Source: Amoebidium appalachense
Taxonomy: Eukaryota > Protista > Ichthyosporea
Direction of reading: 5' to 3'
Length of the DNA: 64,000 nucleotides
NCBI GenBank assembly: GCA_963693365.1
Contig: CAVNZM010000004.1
Coordinates: forward strand, 392,448 to 456,447
This document shows positions 12,762-64,000 of the stretch, one piece after another; the stretch's first letter is position 1; every line of letters begins with the position of its first letter. Below the pieces are notes generated by a model. The model was not told where the DNA came from. It made no database searches and saw only the letters and a program-made list of their open reading frames with translations. Made by a program: the position numbers and the translations under genes.

Positions 12762-13899
12762 GGCGGTGGTGGTATCTGGAACGAGGATACACAAAAAAAA
12801 TTTAGAGCGCAGAAATCGAAGAGCAAAATTTGGTCCGAGGCTTGCACAAATAAAAAAGCACAAGTCACAGTCAGTGCTGTGTTGGCTGTCACTGAGTGGC
12901 GGTGCGGCCGACCTTTATACCCGCAACTCGCCCCAAATATTAATCAGCAGCAGTTCTGCCTGATATGCCCAGGCAAGCAGCTGACACATGTACTGATACG
13001 CGTTAAAACATGCACACCAACCCTCTTCGAAGTCGGGCACCCAGGTGCACATGTGCACCTCTGTCAGGTACACGCATCAGGCGCCTGCCAAACGATGTTG
13101 ATTTGTCATACGTTTTTTCCCTCGGTGCCAAGTGGGCCAAGTTCAACAGCGGCACGTGATCACCCAAAGTCTGAGAGATGCGTATGGGGGGTGAGCGTAC
13201 GCGTACAGTAGTTCATTGATCACGAGTGAAAGATGGGGCCGGTAATGCATTCTTATAGAGCTTTAGCTGCTACTGGCAAACCGCCTTTCCCCACCTTTTT
13301 TTTTCTTCTTGGTGCCGGTGGTTCTTGCATCATGCTGCACTGCCGCGGCTTCACAATCGCGACTTCCACTACAGTAGTCCCGGCGCCGGCTCAGGCGGCC
13401 TCCCGCACTCCAAGCTCCTCCCGGGCCAATCACCTGATGTAAACAAACGGCCTAAATAGGTTATCTTAAAATGCTTCCTATTGGTTTCTGATATCCAATA
13501 GGAAGTGCTACATACTAAAACACATTGAACACAATCAGTTCGGAGACCTGTCTTGACAAATCAGCAATGTCAGCAATCACGTGCCGCCAGTGCCGACGTG
13601 CCGCCGTTGAACGTGGCCCTCAGACACCCTGCACCGAGCATATGGCATCGTTTGGCAGGCGCCTGATGCGCATACCTGCCACAGGCGCACACCTGACAGG
13701 GGTTGTTTAAACAGTGCTCGGGACCTACAATTTCGAGAGTACGAGGTGCGCGGAAGCGGAACGTAATCAGTGACACACACGCCTAGTATACACGTGACAA
13801 GGAACCGCATGTTTGACGGGTACATGTGTCGTTTGCTTGCTTGGGCATCTGGGCAGGCTCGCGGTTAGCGAACGGCAGCTGATTTGGGCGAGCTGCGGG

Positions 13900-13906
13900 T
13901 ATAAAA
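13900..13906 (+). promoter_or_regulatory. TATA box of secreted peptide gene 3
   Basis: gcgggTATAAAA, mirrored by gcgggTATAAAG on the minus strand upstream of copy 2. Confidence 0.6.
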
Positions 13907-14066
13907 GTGGGCAGCACTGCCACACGGTGACAGCCACCACACATCGCTACTAGCTGTGAGTACTAGTAGTAGTAGCTTGACTTCAACGTTTAGCCTTCAA
14001 GCCCTTCAATTTTGCCCTTCCCCACTCTTTTTGTGTATCCTCGTTCCAGATACCACCGCTACCGCC

Positions 14067-14303
14067 ATGCGTCTCCTGCTGTGTCTTGCGCTGGGCCTTG
14101 CGCTGGCGGCGCTGGCCGTTGGGGTGGCCGTGCCAACGGCCGAGGCGGGGCACGATGTGGCGGCACGTGACCACACGCACAGCGACGACACGTGGGCGCT
14201 GGACGACGCGCACGTGCTGGCTGCAAGAGACGCAGAGGGAGAGGCATACAACAGCCACCTGTACCCAGTGGATGATGGCATACATGTGAACGAATTCGAA
14301 CAG

Positions 14304-14337
<34 letters not shown>

Positions 14338-14856
14338 GTGTGTGTGACGTGTCGGTGCCTCTCCCCCCCCCCCCCCCCCCCCCCCCCAACACACGCACAT
14401 ACAATAATCCACGTGCGCGTCCCCCACCCCCACGTAGAAAAAAAGTCACCCTTGCTCCTTTGCGCATAGATTAGTAATTCATATAATAAGCACATTTCAG
14501 CCTGTCAGTGTATCTATCTGTACTTGTGTGTGTGTGGTCCGTGTTGTTTGTATGCATGTGAACACACATGTCACACAGTGTGACAGTCAGTGACACGGTG
14601 TGTGCACGTGGTAGTTATATATGCACTACAGTTCAAACAGAGCATCCACACCAGGGAATCAGACTGGTGGGTTTTGAATGGCTGAGTGTGCCGAATGAAT
14701 CCGCATGAGCGCCTTCGAAAAGCGAAAAAATAAGAAACCTATGAACAGTGATAATGATTCAATTTGAAAACTGAAGATTTTGAACAATAAGGCGAACTTT
14801 TCAAAATCTTCAAAGACTGACACGGCTCCCCAACTCGGGCTGGGCTCCCCCCCCCC

Positions 14857-14902
<46 letters not shown>

Positions 14903-15163
14903 AACCCCCGCCGCATTTCTCCCCTACAGCACCCACATTTCCCCTGAGTTCGCCCACCCCCCCCTTCACAACACTGCCTCATGCACATACGCCCACACTG
15001 ACACACACATCAATTTTGCATGCATTTGCCCGCTTGCGCCCAAAGCACGCACGCCGTCACACGCGTACGCACACACACGCACACACACACGCGGACGCGC
15101 GCGCGCACACACACACGCACTCACACCGTGCGGCGCACGCACACACACACACACACACACACG

Positions 15164-15205
<42 letters not shown>

Positions 15206-15399
15206 GGCATGAAATGCAGGGGGACGGCAGCCACCACCTTGCCCGGCGCCAGTGGGGAGGGGGATTTGGGGGTGGCTTTGGGCCCCACGGTGGGGGCCGG
15301 TTCTGGGGGGGACGTCCGTGGTGGGGCCGGCCGTGGTGGGGCCCTTGGTGGGGTCGTCCTTGGGGGTGGCGTTGGGGTTGGGGGCGCCGCTGGTGGTGA
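14067..15399 (+). CDS. Secreted Gly/Trp/Arg/Pro-rich prepropeptide, copy 3 (putative antimicrobial peptide precursor), 138 aa, 2 exons
   Basis: Exon 1 14067-14303 (MRLLLCLALGLALAALAVGVAVPTAEAGHDVAARDHTHSDDTWALDDAHVLAARDAEGEAYNSHLYPVDDGIHVNEFEQ|gtgtgt); exon 2 15220-15399 (tgcag|GDGSHHLARR-QWGGGFGGGFGPHGGGRFWGGRPWWGRPWWGPWWGRPWGWRWGWGRRWW*). Phase-0 join, same intron placement as copy 1. Confidence 0.88.
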
Positions 15400-15771
15400 G
15401 CGGCACGTGACTCGGAGAGGTTTAGGGGAGCAACATACTGTATGACCATATGTGGATATATGAGATGGTGTGTGATTGGTAGGACCAGTTTTTCGGAACG
15501 ATATCATTGGTCGATTGTCAGTATGGGTGATGCGGTGAATATTGATGGGGCACGTGGAGACCCGTGTGTGGGCAGGCAAGGATGCGTATATACAGCAAAG
15601 ATTTTGAACGGACATGGTGAATAAAGACAACACACATTAACAGTAGCGTAATTACGATTTACATGCTGGCGACAATTATGGCCTGTGTGTGTGTGTGTGT
15701 GTGTATGTGTACGTGTGTGCCTGGATGAGATGTGCGTGTGAATGGTCGTGTGTGTGTACATGTGTGTGTGT

Positions 15772-15816
<45 letters not shown>

Positions 15817-16138
15817 GGGGGGAGGATGTTTCGGGACTCAGCGCAAGGACAGTAACAGCGCCAATTGATACAGTTCGAGCTCAACACTGCTCAACACAGC
15901 ACATCCCTTCATCTTTATTCACCAGCCATGCATGGGCACCGCAATCACAGCCCTAACCGGGCCCACCTCCACCATCACGTGTGCATAAACACGTGTTTGT
16001 GGCTCACACATCTAACCTAGTCATAATAAGCTACATCTCCCATTCATACATATATTCATGCACAAGAAAAACTCTCGTATCCCTACGAGAGAACTTCCGC
16101 CAATTATGGTAAAGCACCACGATGCCCCACCAATCAAA

Positions 16139-30003
<13,865 letters not shown>

Positions 30004-30768
30004 GGTTTCCGTCGCATGCAGGCCGGCTGCAGAGTGTCGCTGCCGCAACCGCTCGGTGTCAAGGCGTCTCCTTGCTCTACGCCGGTGCCAGCTAACCTCA
30101 CAGTCGATGGATACCTACGTGCTTGCCCTGAAAACTACACCAGTACACGTCCTACCCTGATGGCTACGCCCACGTACCACGTACGTACATGCGTGCCCTA
30201 ATGATCACACACACTCACACACGTATGCGCTTACAATAGCTTCTACACTCACACACTAAGGCGCTGATTGTCAGACAAAACCCTGATTTAGGTTACCTGG
30301 CGGTTACACCCGCACACTCCCTGTTTATCCTGATTGTGATGGATCAACAACACCTTGCGAACTGGCGTTCACCAGAACAGAGTTTTACACAAAGAAACTT
30401 CCGAGCTTGAACTAGTTAAAAAACCAGCGATTTTTATGATGGTGACACGAGACCGTGTAAACCATCACATGCTCCCCAAGTTTTTCCCTCGTTTCCCTCG
30501 CGATCGTCGACTTTCACTTTTCAGTTTTGGCAAGTTCAACCAGCTCAGCAATCACGTAATCGCCTGATATATTTTTATCATTTTGGCTTCCAAATTTGGT
30601 TATTTTGATGACGTTATGAGCATCACAACTCTTTTGACGTCATACAAACTGCACAAACTTTTGACACCCACTGTTCAAGCAAAAAAACAAAAACAAAGAG
30701 GAGTTCTAGAGAAGAAGAAGAGATTTTGAGCAAGTAAAGAAAAACAGAATTTATATGCCACAGACACC
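30004..30768. promoter_or_regulatory. Divergent (bidirectional) promoter region between ATG16L and NT5C2
   Basis: 765 bp between two head-to-head start codons; almost free of microsatellites; CRE-like TGACGTCA at 30635-30642. Confidence 0.65.
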
Positions 30769-40364
<9,596 letters not shown>

Positions 40365-40439
40365 ACATCCACCAATCCATTCCGGCCAGCCCATTAACTT
40401 GTGCACGTGTCTGACCTGAGCTATTCTTAGGCATTTGTG

Positions 40440-62156
<21,717 letters not shown>

Positions 62157-62537
62157 GGTTGGCCCACACACAGCCACCTTCTACTCTGTGTGCCTGCCTG
62201 CGTGCAAGGTGGGTGCCGGAAGGTTTTTGCGCTCAGTTGAAGTTCCAGCTGCAGCCGCCGGCCCCCCGCCCGCCGGGAGACTGGCCAACAGAACAGGCGC
62301 TGCAAAGGTTTTAAAAATCATTAAATGATATGTTCTAAATGGTTCTACATTTTAAATTATACTCATGTAGGTTTGTAGTCTTATTTTCAATATTTGAATT
62401 GTTTTGTTATCATGCAGGCAAAGAGTATCTTGTTTTTGGCGGGCTTTTCTGAGCCACTCATCCGATCCCTCATGATCAGTGAGCTCCGGTCCTTGCGAGC
62501 CCTCCCCCGCGCGCCCCCCCAAAACGCGCAGAAAAAC

Positions 62538-62578
62538 CCAAGGCCTCCTATATACTAACAGTATATAGGAGGCCTTGG
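62538..62578. other. Perfect 19-bp stem / 3-nt loop inverted repeat upstream of ASH1L
   Basis: CCAAGGCCTCCTATATACT-aac-AGTATATAGGAGGCCTTGG. Confidence 0.85.
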
Positions 62579-63165
62579 AAAAACCACAGAATATGCTAAC
62601 CACACTGTACATGTAATATAGGCCATGACTACAAAGATTAACGCGTACGGCAAGCTGTTTAAAGTGCATGCGCACGTGCACCCGGTCAATCCTAATCTTG
62701 AACTTCTGAAAACCACTGTATGAACACTGTACATGTACACAGCATTGTTATTGTATTGTTCGAACTTGAACTGTTCCGTTTATGCAATGTCTCGTGCGTT
62801 ATGATATTTTCTGCTGTGGGGCATCATATAGTCAGTATACACTCATTTATGGTGGCCGAGTGATCATGATCATATCCATGAGCTCGATCGCCTTTGCCTT
62901 ACACATTTTTATTCTTGACAAGAAGAATCCCTTGTGCATATTAAAATATATATAAAACGTGTTTCCCCCTAACTAGCTAGTAACAGGCTCAGCCGTTTCC
63001 TCCGCCTCCCCTCTTCCCCCACGGTTGCGGGCATCGTCACCACATATAACCGGTGTACAGTACTATATATGACCACGTGAACCGCCTCAATCGCGAGCCC
63101 TAAGAAAGGCCTATAGCTAGGGCACACGCTTGTCTAACAAGCCTATATAATTTTTCACTTACACA

Positions 63166-63210
<45 letters not shown>

Positions 63211-63216
63211 CCTCCT

Positions 63217-63260
<44 letters not shown>

Positions 63261-64000
63261 TTCCGGGCAACCCGTTCAAGCCCCACCTGCCCCAGCCCTC
63301 CCCCTCCGTTAACCGGCCCCCTCCCCCTGGCATGTATCCTTCCCACCTACAACTGAACTGGCCCAATCGCAAGCACTGTTAAGTTGCAGCCTACATTTTC
63401 TTTACCTAGTCAAATACTATTTACTGTATGTACACCAAGTAAAATTTGCTACGCAATCATGAAGTGGTGGTGACATCTGCATGTCATTCGACCTTGCACA
63501 TGTGACACTAGGTTGAGCCTTTCTAAGCGCACGTCGTACCATGCACATACATGCTACTACATAGTGGCAAGTTCTGCAGGAGCATTGTTGTTTTACCGCT
63601 TCATTCAACGTCCTGTTACGTACCGCCGTTCTTGCGGAACCAGCTCCGCAAACCGAGGCATGCGCCGTTCAGAGCACACACGGAAACACGTGTTTCCCGA
63701 GGCCCCCGCACAGCAGGCTGATGCAGATCTCAATCCTTTGACAGTTGATTGGTAGATCTAGAAACCGCTTTTTATGTAACAAATCAAAAAACGCTTATGC
63801 GGAAATTGTGATGATTTTAAACCAATCTAATCATGCAGCGAAAAAACAGCATGTTAAAAAAGGCGCCAAAGCCCTTGCTGAACTTCAGAACGCCAGTCGC
63901 CGAAGGAGATAACCTGCAACAGCACCTACCACCCACGTCCTTCCTTCGTATCATACATATACTGCCCGCCATGGCCAAATCAACTACCCCGGCCATCTCC

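Noticed and set aside
30510-30528. ISRE/IRF-like motif (actttcacttttcagtttt) in the divergent promoter
   Set aside because: Short T-rich match expected by chance; no evidence for IRF factors in this organism.

Overview
Intron-rich eukaryotic genomic DNA saturated with (CA/TG)n, (GA)n and poly-C/G tracts, so nearly all long ORFs in the supplied track are repeat artefacts. Reading GT-AG exons by hand gives three conserved genes whose exon phases join into open frames: ATG16L (coiled coil + WD40, minus, 16139-30003, 18 exons, ~601 aa), cytosolic purine 5'-nucleotidase NT5C2 (plus, 30769-40364, 15 exons, ~535 aa) and a compact ASH1L-type H3K36 methyltransferase (AT-hooks, AWS-SET-postSET, bromo, PHD, BAH; minus, 40440-62156, ~31 exons, ~1119 aa). 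This gene content suggests a holozoan/opisthokont protist (inference only). The most novel element is a cluster (4.5-15.4 kb) of three paralogous two-exon genes for secreted prepropeptides: signal peptide, acidic His-rich pro-region with repeated Hx[LV]AAR motifs, HHLARR dibasic site, then a Gln-initiated cationic Gly/Trp/Arg-rich peptide resembling an antimicrobial peptide. The middle copy is decaying (two frameshifts, solo LTR in its intron, LINE in its 3' flank). Also present: two TTAA-flanked MITEs, a 620-bp foldback element with a 9-bp TSD, a second LINE 3' fragment, an intronic repeat family that is always sense to its host gene and has box C/D-like motifs, and a consistent intron pattern of poly-C or (GT)n after donors and (CA)n running into acceptors.
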